Part shown: positions 1 through 10,134 of the stretch, piece by piece
Layout: each line of letters opens with the position of its first letter
Numbering within the stretch: position 1 is the stretch's first letter
Assembly (NCBI GenBank): GCA_905207705.1
Contig: CAJLMA010000001.1
Location: forward strand, 214,588 to 278,587
Direction of reading: 5' to 3'
DNA length: 64,000 nucleotides
Source of the DNA: an uncultured Prevotellaceae bacterium
GTDB lineage: Bacteria > Bacteroidota > Bacteroidia > Bacteroidales > Muribaculaceae
Position numbers and translations under genes: made by a program
Notes under the pieces: model-generated
Database searches by the model: none
What the model was told of the DNA's origin: nothing
The model's input: the letters and a program-made list of their open reading frames with translations, nothing else

Positions 1-967
1 CAGTTCTTTCAACACAGGAAGAATCGAACACCTGTACCTTGACGAATGGGTACGCGACATGAAACAAAAACGTCTTGTAAACTTGCATTACGGCGACATG
101 ACCGACTCAAGTTCGCTGATACGCATAATCGAAGAGGTACAGCCCGATGAAATATACAATCTTGCAGCCCAGAGCCATGTAAAGGTATCATTTGATGTGC
201 CTGAATATACAGCCGAAACCGATGCGATAGGAACTCTGCGGTTGCTTGAGGCTGTGCGCATCCTGCACAGGGAAAAGACTACTCGCATATATCAGGCAAG
301 CACATCCGAACTGTTTGGCAAAGTACAGGAAATACCACAAAACGAGAAGACGCCGTTCTATCCGCGCAGTCCGTATGCATGTGCCAAGCTGTACGGTTTC
401 TGGATCGTCAAGAATTACAGGGAAAGTTATGGCATGTATGCCGTGAACGGAATCCTGTTCAATCATGAAAGCGAACGTCGCGGTGAAACATTTGTCACAC
501 GCAAAATTTCCCTTGCTGCCGCGCGTATTGCCAACGGGCTTCAAGACAAGTTATACCTTGGCAACTTGAACGCCTTGCGCGACTGGGGATATGCTCGCGA
601 CTATGTTGAATGCATGTGGCTTATGCTGCAACAAGACACTCCCGAAGATTATGTAATAGCAACAGGTGAATATCACACCGTGAGAGAATTCACAACCCTT
701 GCATTTGCTCGCGCCGGCATAACTCTTGAATGGTCGGGAGATGGCCTTGATGAAAAAGGTATCGACAAAGCCACAGGAAAAATCCTTGTAGAAGTTGACC
801 CAAAATATTTCCGTCCTGCCGAAGTAGAACAATTGCTCGGCGACCCGACAAAAGCAAAAGAACAACTTGGATGGAATCCTCGACAAACGTCATTTGAACG
901 TCTCGTTGAAATAATGGTCGACCACGACATGGCCGAAATCAAAGATCAAATCGATTCAAAGAAATAA
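1..967 (+). CDS. gmd: GDP-mannose 4,6-dehydratase, 5' end lies outside the window
   Basis: The same frame is open from base 2 (..[16 protein letters not shown]..) and joins the listed ORF 59..967. The translation shows the conserved Gmd stretches [27 protein letters not shown] and [19 protein letters not shown] short-chain dehydrogenase YxxxK motif (YACAK) is present. Confidence 0.9.
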   Translation, partial: SSFNTGRIEHLYLDEWVRDMKQKRLVNLHYGDMTDSSSLIRIIEEVQPDEIYNLAAQSHVKVSFDVPEYTAETDAIGTLRLLEAVRILHREKTTRIYQASTSELFGKVQEIPQNEKTPFYPRSPYACAKLYGFWIVKNYRESYGMYAVNGILFNHESERRGETFVTRKISLAAARIANGLQDKLYLGNLNALRDWGYARDYVECMWLMLQQDTPEDYVIATGEYHTVREFTTLAFARAGITLEWSGDGLDEKGIDKATGKILVEVDPKYFRPAEVEQLLGDPTKAKEQLGWNPRQTSFERLVEIMVDHDMAEIKDQIDSKK

Positions 968-986
968 ATTCATTACGAACTCGACA

Positions 987-2093
987 ATGAAAAAAGATTC
1001 AATCATATATGTCGCGGGACACCGTGGACTTGTTGGCTCGGCAATTTGGAACAATCTGAAATCCAAAGGCTATACAAATCTGGTGGGTCGGACACACGCC
1101 GAGCTTGACTTACTCGACGGGCATGCCGTTAAAGAATTCTTTGATGCCACCAATCCCGAATACGTCATTTTGGCTGCCGCTCATGTGGGTGGCATAATGG
1201 CAAACAGCTTGTACCGCGCCGATTTTATTTACCAGAACTTACAGATACAACAAAACGTAATTTGGCAGAGCTTCAAACACAACGTAAAGAAACTTCTTTT
1301 TCTGGGAAGCACTTGCATTTACCCGAGAGATGCCAAACAACCAATCTCGGAAGATCAATTGCTTACTTCTCCGCTTGAATACACCAACGAGCCTTACGCA
1401 ATAGCAAAAATCGCGGGATTGAAAATGTGTGAGAGCTTTAATTTGCAATACGGCACAAATTACATTGCCGTGATGCCGACCAACCTATATGGCCCAAACG
1501 ACAATTTCAATCTCGAAACGAGCCATGTACTGCCGGCAATGATACGCAAGGCCCACCTTGCGCACTTGCTTGAAGATGATAATTGGGATGGACTGCGTGC
1601 CGACTTCAACAAGCGTCCGGTCGAGAACACAGACGGCTCGGCATCAAAAGAAGCTATCATGGCTATCCTCAACAAGTACGGAATTACTCCGGGGAAATTA
1701 TTGCTGTGGGGTACCGGCAAGCCCATAAGGGAATTCCTTTGGAGCGAAGACATGGCCGATGCTTCGGTATATGTAATGGAAAATATCGACTTCTGCAACA
1801 CTTATCCTGCACCGGCTGTAACTCCGGGCACTTTTGAAGCAGCAAGACGTGAAATAAGAAACTGCCACATTAACATAGGCAGTGGCAAAGAAATAACAAT
1901 CGCGCGTCTTGCCGAACTTGTCAAAGCCGCCGTAGGATTCAAGGGAGAAATCGCTTGGGACACATCCAAGCCCGACGGCACAATGCGCAAGCTCACCGAT
2001 GTTTCCCGGCTACATTCACTCGGCTGGCATCATAAGGTCGAAATCGAGGATGGCATAAGCCGTCTGTATAGATGGTATCTCGACAACTTGTAA
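987..2093 (+). CDS. fcl: GDP-L-fucose synthase (GDP-4-keto-6-deoxymannose 3,5-epimerase/4-reductase)
   Basis: There is an N-terminal Rossmann motif GHRGLVGSA and a YAIAK catalytic motif. The protein is 368 aa, which fits the Bacteroidales Fcl with its internal insertion. It lies 19 bp downstream of gmd on the same strand. Confidence 0.88.
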   Translation: MKKDSIIYVAGHRGLVGSAIWNNLKSKGYTNLVGRTHAELDLLDGHAVKEFFDATNPEYVILAAAHVGGIMANSLYRADFIYQNLQIQQNVIWQSFKHNVKKLLFLGSTCIYPRDAKQPISEDQLLTSPLEYTNEPYAIAKIAGLKMCESFNLQYGTNYIAVMPTNLYGPNDNFNLETSHVLPAMIRKAHLAHLLEDDNWDGLRADFNKRPVENTDGSASKEAIMAILNKYGITPGKLLLWGTGKPIREFLWSEDMADASVYVMENIDFCNTYPAPAVTPGTFEAARREIRNCHINIGSGKEITIARLAELVKAAVGFKGEIAWDTSKPDGTMRKLTDVSRLHSLGWHHKVEIEDGISRLYRWYLDNL

Positions 2094-2169
2094 TAAAATA
2101 GTTGTCTTAAAAACAAGTTCTCATCTCCTCACCCAAATTTACAGGTCAGCTAATATAAAAACAATCATA

Positions 2170-3168
2170 ATGCTCACTTTTATAACCTATGCCGTCATCC
2201 TTTTCTTTATTGAAGTTCTATACATTGCGATAGCAAGGCGCTTCAATATCATAGCCAAGGTCTCTAACAGTGATAACAATGAAAATCGCCAGCCCGTAAT
2301 AAACGGAGGTGGAATATTATTCTTCATTGCAACAGCTATTTTCTTCCTTTTCAAGAATGACAGCGAGGGATATTTCATGTCGATGCCGTGGCCTGTTTTT
2401 ACTGCTCTTGCCATGCTGGCCATAGTGAGCCTTATTGACGACATGCGAGAGCTTTCACCCTATGTCAGGCTTATGTGCCATGTCATAGCAGTCTCTGTGA
2501 TGTTTTTTACGCTTACATCCGCGTCAAGCCAAATGGATGTGGAATGGTATTGGTTCCCTGTATTTCTTCTGTTCGGTACAGCTTTCATAAATACTTATAA
2601 CTTCATGGACGGAATTACAGGGATAACAGGTTGTTACAGCTTCACTACCCTGTTTTCGCTGTTTTTCATATTCTTCCCTGCCACGCTCATTTCTCCTTGG
2701 TATTTCATAATACCGGCAATAGCGACAGCCGTTTTCTGTGCATTCAATTGCCGCAAGCATGAAGTGTGTTTCAGCGGTGATGCCGGCTCAATATCGATGG
2801 CTTATATAATTTTATTTCCACTTGCGGTATGGGCATTATATTTCAAAGACATTTCAATAATAACTCTGGTATCAGTGTATCTCGTCGATGCCGGTATGAC
2901 TATAGTTTTGCGTCTCTTCCGGCGCGAGAACCTGCTCCAAAGGCATCACAACCATATTTACCAATTGCTCGTCTATCGCTGCCGGTGGAACCAAATCTTG
3001 GTAGCGGCAATTTATTCCATCCTGCAATTTGCAATCACTATGGGTTATGTATATACTCCTGCCGGCAGACGTGGCATATACTGCCTGGTTGCATTCATCG
3101 CCCTTGCGGCAACTTACCTTGCAAGTCGAGCCTTGATTCTCCGTGTCACCAAAGCCGTAAACAAATGA
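2170..3168 (+). CDS. Glycosyltransferase family 4 polyprenyl-phosphate sugar-1-phosphate transferase (WecA/WbpL-like)
   Basis: The protein is polytopic, with several hydrophobic helices. A cytoplasmic loop carries NENRQPVINGGGILFF, which resembles the (R)GGG...DD motifs of MraY/WecA-family enzymes, and LIDDMRELS. It sits directly downstream of gmd-fcl. Confidence 0.55.
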   Translation: MLTFITYAVILFFIEVLYIAIARRFNIIAKVSNSDNNENRQPVINGGGILFFIATAIFFLFKNDSEGYFMSMPWPVFTALAMLAIVSLIDDMRELSPYVRLMCHVIAVSVMFFTLTSASSQMDVEWYWFPVFLLFGTAFINTYNFMDGITGITGCYSFTTLFSLFFIFFPATLISPWYFIIPAIATAVFCAFNCRKHEVCFSGDAGSISMAYIILFPLAVWALYFKDISIITLVSVYLVDAGMTIVLRLFRRENLLQRHHNHIYQLLVYRCRWNQILVAAIYSILQFAITMGYVYTPAGRRGIYCLVAFIALAATYLASRALILRVTKAVNK

Positions 3169-3206
3169 TAATGCGGTTTTATTCGCATTTTCCACAGATT
3201 TAAGGT

Positions 3207-3214
3207 AATTTTGC
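3207..3214 (+). promoter_or_regulatory. Candidate Bacteroides -7 box (TAATTTTG), 28 bp upstream of the CaCA start
   Basis: It matches the Bacteroidetes sigmaA -7 consensus TAnnTTTG. It lies in the 73-bp intergenic gap. Confidence 0.3.
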
Positions 3215-3241
3215 GCTTACATACGCAACTACATTTTTATT

Positions 3242-4216
3242 ATGACATACCTCTTATTGATTATCGGACTGGCAATGCTCCTTGCAGGGGCAAATTATCT
3301 GGTTGATGCCTCAGTAGCAATAGCCAAACGTGCCAATATTTCAAACTTCATCATCGGCATAACAATTGTGGGCATGGGTACATCCTTACCTGAACTTTTT
3401 GTATCGGCCTCATCCGCCATTGATGGATATGGCGACATGTCTGTCGGGAATATCGTAGGCTCAAACATTTGCAACATATTCCTTATACTTGGCATCACGG
3501 CAATAATAGCACCGTTTGCAGTTACCCGGCAGAATCTCGTCCGCGATATCCCGTTTGGTGTGTTCGCTTCAATATTATTGTTGCTGCTATGTTCCGACAA
3601 AATCTTTCCACGCATCGAATACAACGAAATCGGCCGAATGGACAGCATCGTATTCCTGCTCATATTCATAGGATACATCACTTTTGCCATATACCAGTCG
3701 CACAAGGAGCAACAATCCATGAAAGAAAACGAAGAAATAGCCACTTCAACATTGACAGGACGGCCGGTCGCTCTTTTATGGACTATCGCAATAGTTTCGT
3801 TGGCAGTGCTGCTTTACGGAGGTAATCTCTTCCTCGACAATGTCGTTGCCGTTGCCAAATTATGGGGAATGAGCGAGAAAGTCATATCCTTGACAATCGT
3901 CGCAGTAGGCACATCTTTGCCCGAATTGATAACTTGCATAATAGCTGCTACAAAAAACAATCCCCAACTCGCGCTCGGCAACGTGATTGGCTCAAATATC
4001 TTCAACATCCTGTTCATCCTCGGATTCTCGGCAATGCTGAAGCCAATACAGCTTGCAGGAATAAACTATGTGGACTTCGGAGTAATGATACTTGCGTCAG
4101 TGTTGACATTCATTTGCGCATTTACCTTCAAGAAACGCATGATTGACCGCACCGAGGGCATCATCTTCGTAGCGATTTACATCCTATATACAGCATACCT
4201 GCTGATTTGGAACTAA
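3242..4216 (+). CDS. CaCA-family Na+/Ca2+ exchanger (YrbG-like)
   Basis: Two internal alpha-repeats are present: GTSLPELFVS...GNIVGSNICNIFLILG and GTSLPELITC...GNVIGSNIFNILFILG. There are about 10 TM helices in 324 aa. Confidence 0.8.
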   Translation: MTYLLLIIGLAMLLAGANYLVDASVAIAKRANISNFIIGITIVGMGTSLPELFVSASSAIDGYGDMSVGNIVGSNICNIFLILGITAIIAPFAVTRQNLVRDIPFGVFASILLLLLCSDKIFPRIEYNEIGRMDSIVFLLIFIGYITFAIYQSHKEQQSMKENEEIATSTLTGRPVALLWTIAIVSLAVLLYGGNLFLDNVVAVAKLWGMSEKVISLTIVAVGTSLPELITCIIAATKNNPQLALGNVIGSNIFNILFILGFSAMLKPIQLAGINYVDFGVMILASVLTFICAFTFKKRMIDRTEGIIFVAIYILYTAYLLIWN

Positions 4217-4234
4217 ATCTGACAAATAACGACA

Positions 4235-4284
4235 GCAGCCGCAAAGTTCCCAATTGAAAAACTTTGCGGCTGCCACTTTTCTTG
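4235..4284. terminator. Bidirectional rho-independent terminator between convergent genes
   Basis: The 14-bp stem GCAGCCGCAAAGTT pairs with AACTTTGCGGCTGC across a 12-nt loop. T-rich tracts flank it on both strands (CACTTTTCTTG on +). Confidence 0.45.
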
Positions 4285-4298
4285 TAATCTATAAAAAA

Positions 4299-5600
4299 TC
4301 ACTTGCCGGAGAATATCATTCCGAAACCTATCAACCGGTCATATCGTTCTCCGACAGGACGATTATACACCCTGACCGCATATTCATTGACCGTCTGGTA
4401 CTTGTCACCTTCTATCTTTGAAGTCAGTCCCACACTTGTGCCATCCGGGACAAATAGATATTGATAATTGTACGCACCCTGCTTCAACATGATGTCGGCA
4501 ACATAATTGCCTGATGACGGGTCGTAAACCATTAAAGTTTCAGGCGAAAATAAGTGATTGGTAAATTCTCCGTCTATATAAATCTTTCCACCTGTCAACG
4601 GTCCACCAGTTGCAAGCGAAAAGTGAGTGACGATGTAATCGGCTTGGGTATTTGAGTCGGTTCCTTCTGCATTACGCACGGTAAATCGCCCAAACTGCGT
4701 CCTGTCATAGCTATATGGCTCATCGGCCCTTAATTCATCGGTATAAAGCGTGGCATGGTAATAAGGATGGAAATATTCCACACCTGCCACGCCCATCGTG
4801 GGATAATTGACAGCGACTGTTTCCATGCGCCTAAATTCATTCCCTGCCGGAAATATCAACTTTTTCTCATGTTCAAAAATGGCTTTTGTTCCCATGACCC
4901 TCATCGGCCTGTTAAGGTAAACTTCATTGTCTATCCGTGAATTTTGATTGACAAATACCATCAAATCCTGATACATGTCTCGCACGCGATAATCTCGCGC
5001 ATCGACTGTTACCGACACCTGTTGGTGACTTTCATTGTAATCCACATCGGTACGCGACGAAACGCTCGGATATACCGATATTATATTCTCACACACGCAA
5101 AACCGGGCTTGCAGCAAAATATTATCAGGTTCATCTTCGGGGTAAACCCTTACCAAATAATTCCCAGATGCCGTGATTTGCATGTCATCGTTGGGCAATG
5201 TAAAACTATAATGCACAAAGTGGGAGAATGTTCCACTCGAATACTCATAATCTTCAATATTCGCATAATTAAAACCGTCAATGTACTCTGCCTCAACCAA
5301 ATCCGACGGCTGCCAGTCGGCATTGCAATGAACAAGGCTGTAACGCAGATAAGACACTTCGGGGCTCAATTCGTCAAATCTCACCTCTATGTGATCGTTA
5401 TTTGGAATCGTCAACACCGGTGGGAAATAGTCATTACCCACCAACTTCACTTGAAGCGACTTAAAAGCCGGGTCAAATATCTGCGTGCGCGTATCGACAT
5501 CTTGAGCCGACATGCCAAATCCACAGACTAATAGAACAGATACTGTGACAAATATGTTTGAAATTCCGTTTCTCATACTCATTAACTTTTCTACTACCAA
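4299..5600 (-). CDS. Conserved Bacteroidota secreted protein, DUF5103-like; possibly the T9SS plug protein family
   Basis: It is 433 aa with a signal peptide (FVTVSVLLVCGFGMSAQD). It is rich in predicted beta structure and has no catalytic motifs. The family assignment is from memory of the DUF5103 / T9SS plug family and is not verified. Confidence 0.5.
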   Translation of the reverse strand: MVVEKLMSMRNGISNIFVTVSVLLVCGFGMSAQDVDTRTQIFDPAFKSLQVKLVGNDYFPPVLTIPNNDHIEVRFDELSPEVSYLRYSLVHCNADWQPSDLVEAEYIDGFNYANIEDYEYSSGTFSHFVHYSFTLPNDDMQITASGNYLVRVYPEDEPDNILLQARFCVCENIISVYPSVSSRTDVDYNESHQQVSVTVDARDYRVRDMYQDLMVFVNQNSRIDNEVYLNRPMRVMGTKAIFEHEKKLIFPAGNEFRRMETVAVNYPTMGVAGVEYFHPYYHATLYTDELRADEPYSYDRTQFGRFTVRNAEGTDSNTQADYIVTHFSLATGGPLTGGKIYIDGEFTNHLFSPETLMVYDPSSGNYVADIMLKQGAYNYQYLFVPDGTSVGLTSKIEGDKYQTVNEYAVRVYNRPVGERYDRLIGFGMIFSGK

Positions 5601-6256
5601 TCGATAGGCTCCTTGCCATGAGCCATAAGATATTCATTCGTCCGCGAGAAATGCTTGTTGCCGAAAAATCCCCTATGTGCCGACAATGGAGACGGATGAG
5701 GAGATGTAAGCACCAAATGGCGCGTGCGGTCTATGAACGCACCTTTCTTTATAGCGTATGCCCCCCACAAAATAAACACGAGATTATCACGCTTGCTCGC
5801 GAGGTGCAAAATCACTTCGTCGGTAAACTCTTCCCAACCGCGATTCTGATGCGAACCGGCACTATGCGCCCTAACCGTCAATATGGAATTGAGCAACAAC
5901 ACCCCTTGCCGAGCCCATCGCGTCAAGTCGCCGCTTGCAGGTATGGGTTTTCCCAAATCATCATGTATCTCTTTGAAAATATTAACAAGAGATGGAGGGA
6001 AAGGGACTCCTTCACCGACCGAAAAACACATGCCATTAGCTTGTCCAACATCATGATACGGATCTTGCCCTATTATAACTACTTTTACTTTGTCGAAAGG
6101 CGTCGCGTCAAATGCCGCAAAAATTTTACGTCCCGGTGGGAATACTTGGAACTGCTTGTATTCGTCATGAACAAAGTCGACAAGGTGCTTGAAATATGGT
6201 TTATCCCATTCTTCGGCCAATTCCGTGCGCCAACTCTCTTCTATTTTAACATTCAT
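5594..6256 (-). CDS. ung: Uracil-DNA glycosylase
   Basis: The motifs are VVIIGQDPYH (water-activating Asp loop), GVLLLN and HPSPLSAHRGF (His-containing leucine loop). It is 220 aa and overlaps the downstream gene by 7 bp. Confidence 0.9.
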   Translation of the reverse strand: MNVKIEESWRTELAEEWDKPYFKHLVDFVHDEYKQFQVFPPGRKIFAAFDATPFDKVKVVIIGQDPYHDVGQANGMCFSVGEGVPFPPSLVNIFKEIHDDLGKPIPASGDLTRWARQGVLLLNSILTVRAHSAGSHQNRGWEEFTDEVILHLASKRDNLVFILWGAYAIKKGAFIDRTRHLVLTSPHPSPLSAHRGFFGNKHFSRTNEYLMAHGKEPIDW

Positions 6257-6407
6257 ATCACTATCTGTTTTATAAAATATTCGACACCTTTACAAATTAT
6301 TGTTTTCTGCTACTATCCCAATAATTCTTGCCGTTCTATTGCAAAGCTACAAATATATTATTACTTTTGCCAACCGTAAGCCGAAAACTTATTCGACAAC
6401 ACATTAT

Positions 6408-6479
6408 GCGCTCATAGTTCAATGGATAGAATAAAGGATTCCGGTTCCTTCGATTGGGGTTCGACTCCCCATGAGCGTA
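6408..6479 (+). tRNA. tRNA-Arg (anticodon CCG)
   Basis: The cloverleaf can be drawn by hand as follows:
- acceptor GCGCTCA/TGAGCGT, with a G1-U72 wobble
- U8
- D stem GTTC/GAAT, with a G10-U25 wobble
- anticodon stem AAGGA/TCCTT with loop TTCCGGT
- T stem TGGGG/CCCCA with loop TTCGACT
- discriminator A
- no encoded CCA. Confidence 0.75.
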
Positions 6480-6539
6480 CAAATTCTTCACGTCAACCAA
6501 TAATCACACAATTTTATTCCAGAGAGCCTATTCTCTAAT

Positions 6540-8894
6540 TCATCGCAAGAACTTAGGCGCATTGAAAAGCAATCCGAAACTGATTCCGAAGTTCCAATTA
6601 TTAGACGGATAAGTCAAGTAATTACAATACATGCTCAATGATGCAAACGGAAAATTGTAAACCAACGAAGCTTCTCCCATCCACTCAAGCCTCTTAAACC
6701 AGCCGGCATATTCAGGTCTTAAATCGGTAGTTTCAACAACATCCCGAACATGCGAAAATGCATAAAATTCAGTCCTAAACTGCAAATTCGAAACAATTTT
6801 CCATATAGGCACCACTCCCCCGGCTATAAATGAATGGCTTCTGAAACCAGGATTAAAATAATTTTGCGTGGCAGGAGTCGGCGTAAACGATGGAGCCTGA
6901 ACAAGCCAAGCCGTATAATTGTCGCCCAACGGACGCGAAGACATGGCAGCATCCACCTTTAAGCCCATCGAGAAATAATTGCTTATGTCTATATACTTAT
7001 CCCATTGCAACTCAGCCTGTGCCCAAAATTCAGGAGAACTTTCCGATAATGTGTATCCTCCGGTTTCAGGATCGTAAGGCAGATAATCTGATGAACCATA
7101 CACGCCGGCAACTTTCAATCTCAACCGCGAACCTGTTGTCGGATACATGTTATGGTTAAGCGTATTGCTTTCCAGCACCGTTTCAATCTGCCCCAACTTA
7201 TAAGTACCTTTATCTTGCTTGGTCGATGAGTAGTCTACTATGTTACTTTGATAAAACAAGTCTTTTAAATATCCATATCCCACCGATATGCCAAGCTTTG
7301 ACTTTCTTCCTATTGCAAGCCCGTATTCAAGTTTGATATAATCTTCATAATTTATGATAAACGATGGCTGCTCCGATTGATAAAACAAAACATCATTTTC
7401 ATAAAATTTTTGTTTCGACAAAACTCCTGTTAACTTAAGGTAAGATGGAATGCTTGTGCCAAGGGCTATTTTTGACTCTATCATACCGGCATAATAGCTT
7501 TGTCCAAGCCATCCGCTCAAACTTGCATCAAAAGAATTATAATTCAGCGTATTATAATTACCTGAAAGATAAATCATGCTATTTGTCGATGAGCTTACCC
7601 ATCCTCCTACTCCCACTGATACAGGATTCTTCATTTGCGCACGCAAAGTCAAGTCAAACAATCCTGTTTCTTTATTATAGGAAGCCTCCGGAACAAAATC
7701 ATCCAACTTGCCCGTCGAAACAGCCCTATAAAATGCAATCTTTGCCTCAGCCACGTCAAGCACGCCGTCATCACCGGCATTGAACAGATTCCGTAAATAT
7801 TCATTTTGACCAGCCGAACCGCCTGTAACTTCAACACTACCAAATGCCACATTTGGCGTATTGCTTTTAAAAACCGATCTCGACAAATTCCTCGATTCTT
7901 TAGAGACACGCTTCTCAACACGTCCTTTTATCGAGTCCATCATGGACATGGCACTACTGTATCCCCTTGCATATATTTGTGATGCTTTTGGGAAATCAAG
8001 CAATTGGAAATCACGTAAATTTATATTTATACGAATACCCTCTTCAGGCTCGATATCGGTATCTCGATCCTGCACAATCATCGTCTCAATCTGCTTCACA
8101 ATATTGTCCATGTCGGTTTCTGTGCCGCCGGCCGTAACATCAACACCAATTATTATGTCGGGCGAAAATTCCGACTTCATGACATTTACTGGAAAATTCT
8201 CATATATGCCACCGTCAAATATTGGCACGCTGTCGATATATTGAGGCTTGAAGACCAACGGAAAACTCATTGAAGCCCTGACCGCCACGCCCAAGCTGCC
8301 TTCACCCAACACAAGTTTGCGCTTATTGAACACATCGGCAGCTACGCTCCTGAAAGGGACATACAACTTGTCGAAATCTCCACTGCATTGTGCCGTATAT
8401 GGAGCGAAAAGCTCCATAAATGCAAAATTCATCGGCAATGGGTTTATCAAGCTTGACGGCAATATATTAGCTTTTACAGTCGACGAGTCGGTACGTTCAA
8501 GGTTAAGATAAAACATAGCCGGTGAAGGTTCCTTCTTATCAAAATAATATTCAAGGTTCCCGTTGATTGTCCCTGTAGACCAATCGGCAAAATCTTCCGA
8601 CTTTATCAATTCAAGCATTTCATCGGGAGTGAACCCTGAGGCATACAATCCTCCTATGATTGCGCCCATGGAAGTGCCGGTAATATAATCGATGGGAATG
8701 CCATTGTCTTCAAGTGCCTGAATAACACCTATATGCGCAATTCCTTTGGCTCCACCTCCACTCAGCACAAGCCCGACGCTTTCGGCACAAGCGCAAAACA
8801 CGCCCAATGCCACGGCTACCGCTATTGCAGGCAGCCGTAACCATTTGTTCGACGATAAACATTCAATGCTCATACAACATAAGCAGCAAAGCAA
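6540..8894 (-). CDS. Patatin-like phospholipase fused to a C-terminal Omp85/POTRA-like outer-membrane beta-barrel (PlpD-like, type Vd autotransporter architecture)
   Basis: There is a signal peptide. The patatin motifs are GLVLSGGGAKG (oxyanion hole), GTSMGA (GxSxG serine) and a DGG Asp dyad (VPIFDGGIYEN). The long C-terminal half is rich in Gly/Tyr and alternating hydrophobics, as expected for a barrel. It is 784 aa. Confidence 0.75.
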   Translation of the reverse strand: MLCCLCCMSIECLSSNKWLRLPAIAVAVALGVFCACAESVGLVLSGGGAKGIAHIGVIQALEDNGIPIDYITGTSMGAIIGGLYASGFTPDEMLELIKSEDFADWSTGTINGNLEYYFDKKEPSPAMFYLNLERTDSSTVKANILPSSLINPLPMNFAFMELFAPYTAQCSGDFDKLYVPFRSVAADVFNKRKLVLGEGSLGVAVRASMSFPLVFKPQYIDSVPIFDGGIYENFPVNVMKSEFSPDIIIGVDVTAGGTETDMDNIVKQIETMIVQDRDTDIEPEEGIRININLRDFQLLDFPKASQIYARGYSSAMSMMDSIKGRVEKRVSKESRNLSRSVFKSNTPNVAFGSVEVTGGSAGQNEYLRNLFNAGDDGVLDVAEAKIAFYRAVSTGKLDDFVPEASYNKETGLFDLTLRAQMKNPVSVGVGGWVSSSTNSMIYLSGNYNTLNYNSFDASLSGWLGQSYYAGMIESKIALGTSIPSYLKLTGVLSKQKFYENDVLFYQSEQPSFIINYEDYIKLEYGLAIGRKSKLGISVGYGYLKDLFYQSNIVDYSSTKQDKGTYKLGQIETVLESNTLNHNMYPTTGSRLRLKVAGVYGSSDYLPYDPETGGYTLSESSPEFWAQAELQWDKYIDISNYFSMGLKVDAAMSSRPLGDNYTAWLVQAPSFTPTPATQNYFNPGFRSHSFIAGGVVPIWKIVSNLQFRTEFYAFSHVRDVVETTDLRPEYAGWFKRLEWMGEASLVYNFPFASLSMYCNYLTYPSNNWNFGISFGLLFNAPKFLR

Positions 8895-8904
8895 AAAACA
8901 TTCG

Positions 8905-10134
8905 TTAATTGTTTATAAACGAATCTTTGAATCCAAGGAAATACAATACACCGTCAAGTCCGATGGTGGAAATACTTTGTTGTGCATTTGCTTTCACCTT
9001 CGGTTTAGCATGATATGCAATTCCAAGCCCGGCAGTGGTCAACATTTGCAAGTCATTCGCTCCATCTCCCACTGCTATGGTTTGTGCAATATCCACATTT
9101 TCCACCTGAGCCAGCAATTTCAACAACTCGGCTTTGCGGGTTCCATCAACTATGTCGCCCAAATAGCGTCCTGTCAATTTGCCGTCAACTATTTCCAAAT
9201 CATTGGCGTACACATAGTCTATACCGTAACGCTGCTTTAAATAATTGCCAAAATAAGTAAACCCGCCCGAAAGAATTGCAATTTTGTAACCTGTGCGCTT
9301 AAGCACTTTCATCAACCTGTCCACACCTTCAGCTATCGGCAGATTTTCGGCAATATCCTTCATCACGCTCTCGTCAAGCCCCTTCAACATGGCGACTCGG
9401 CGAGTAAAACTTTCCTTGAAATCAATTTCGCCTCGCATGGCACTTTCGGTAATGGCTTTAACGGCATCGCCTACCCCGGCACGCGCGGCAAGCTCATCGA
9501 TTACCTCCGTTTCAATCAAGGTAGAATCCATGTCAAAGCATATCAACCGACGACAACGCCTGAATATGGTATCTTCTTGCATTGACAAGTCAAAATCAAG
9601 TTTATTGGTAAGTTGCATGAAATCGCGTTGCATTTTGCTCTTGTTCAAAGGCGTGCCGCGCACCGAGAATTCAATACATGTCTTTCCGAGTCCATGCCCT
9701 TCCTCTTTCAACGGCATTCTGCCGGTCAATCGCTGTATCATGTCTATGTTAAGCCCTTGTTCAGCCACTATGCCGGTCACGGCGGCAATTTGCTCAGCTG
9801 TTATGCGACGTCCGAGTATCGTGATTATATAACGGTTTTTACCTTGTAAGCTCACCCACTCTTCATAGTCCTCGACAGTAATGGGCGTAAAACGTATCTG
9901 CACATTCATTTCGGCTGCCTTAAAAAGCAATTCCTTCATGATATACCCACTACGATCGCTTGTGGTCTTAAACAATATGCCCAATACCAATGTATGATGA
10001 ATGTCGGCCTGGCCTATGTCAAGTATTGATGCTCCATATTTTCCCAATATCTCTGTTAATGCCGATGTTACTCCCGGCCTGTCTTGTCCCGAAATGTTTA
10101 TTTGTATCAGCTCAAATCCCGGTATATCTGTCAT
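8905..10134 (-). CDS. serB: Phosphoserine phosphatase with N-terminal ACT-like regulatory domains
   Basis: The HAD motifs are FDMDSTLI (motif I), SGGF (motif II) and K...GDGANDL (motif III). The size and N-terminal duplication match SerB. Confidence 0.85.
   Translation of the reverse strand: MTDIPGFELIQINISGQDRPGVTSALTEILGKYGASILDIGQADIHHTLVLGILFKTTSDRSGYIMKELLFKAAEMNVQIRFTPITVEDYEEWVSLQGKNRYIITILGRRITAEQIAAVTGIVAEQGLNIDMIQRLTGRMPLKEEGHGLGKTCIEFSVRGTPLNKSKMQRDFMQLTNKLDFDLSMQEDTIFRRCRRLICFDMDSTLIETEVIDELAARAGVGDAVKAITESAMRGEIDFKESFTRRVAMLKGLDESVMKDIAENLPIAEGVDRLMKVLKRTGYKIAILSGGFTYFGNYLKQRYGIDYVYANDLEIVDGKLTGRYLGDIVDGTRKAELLKLLAQVENVDIAQTIAVGDGANDLQMLTTAGLGIAYHAKPKVKANAQQSISTIGLDGVLYFLGFKDSFINN

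Noticed and set aside
5558-6379. 273-codon plus-strand ORF
   Set aside because: It is entirely antisense to ung, which has clear catalytic motifs. Its product is low-complexity and Arg/Cys-rich.
6400-6540. Mobile-element insertion at tRNA-Arg, and likewise at tRNA-Leu (33169-33250)
   Set aside because: There is no integrase or transposase and no duplicated tRNA 3' end in the flanks. The neighbouring genes look like core genes.
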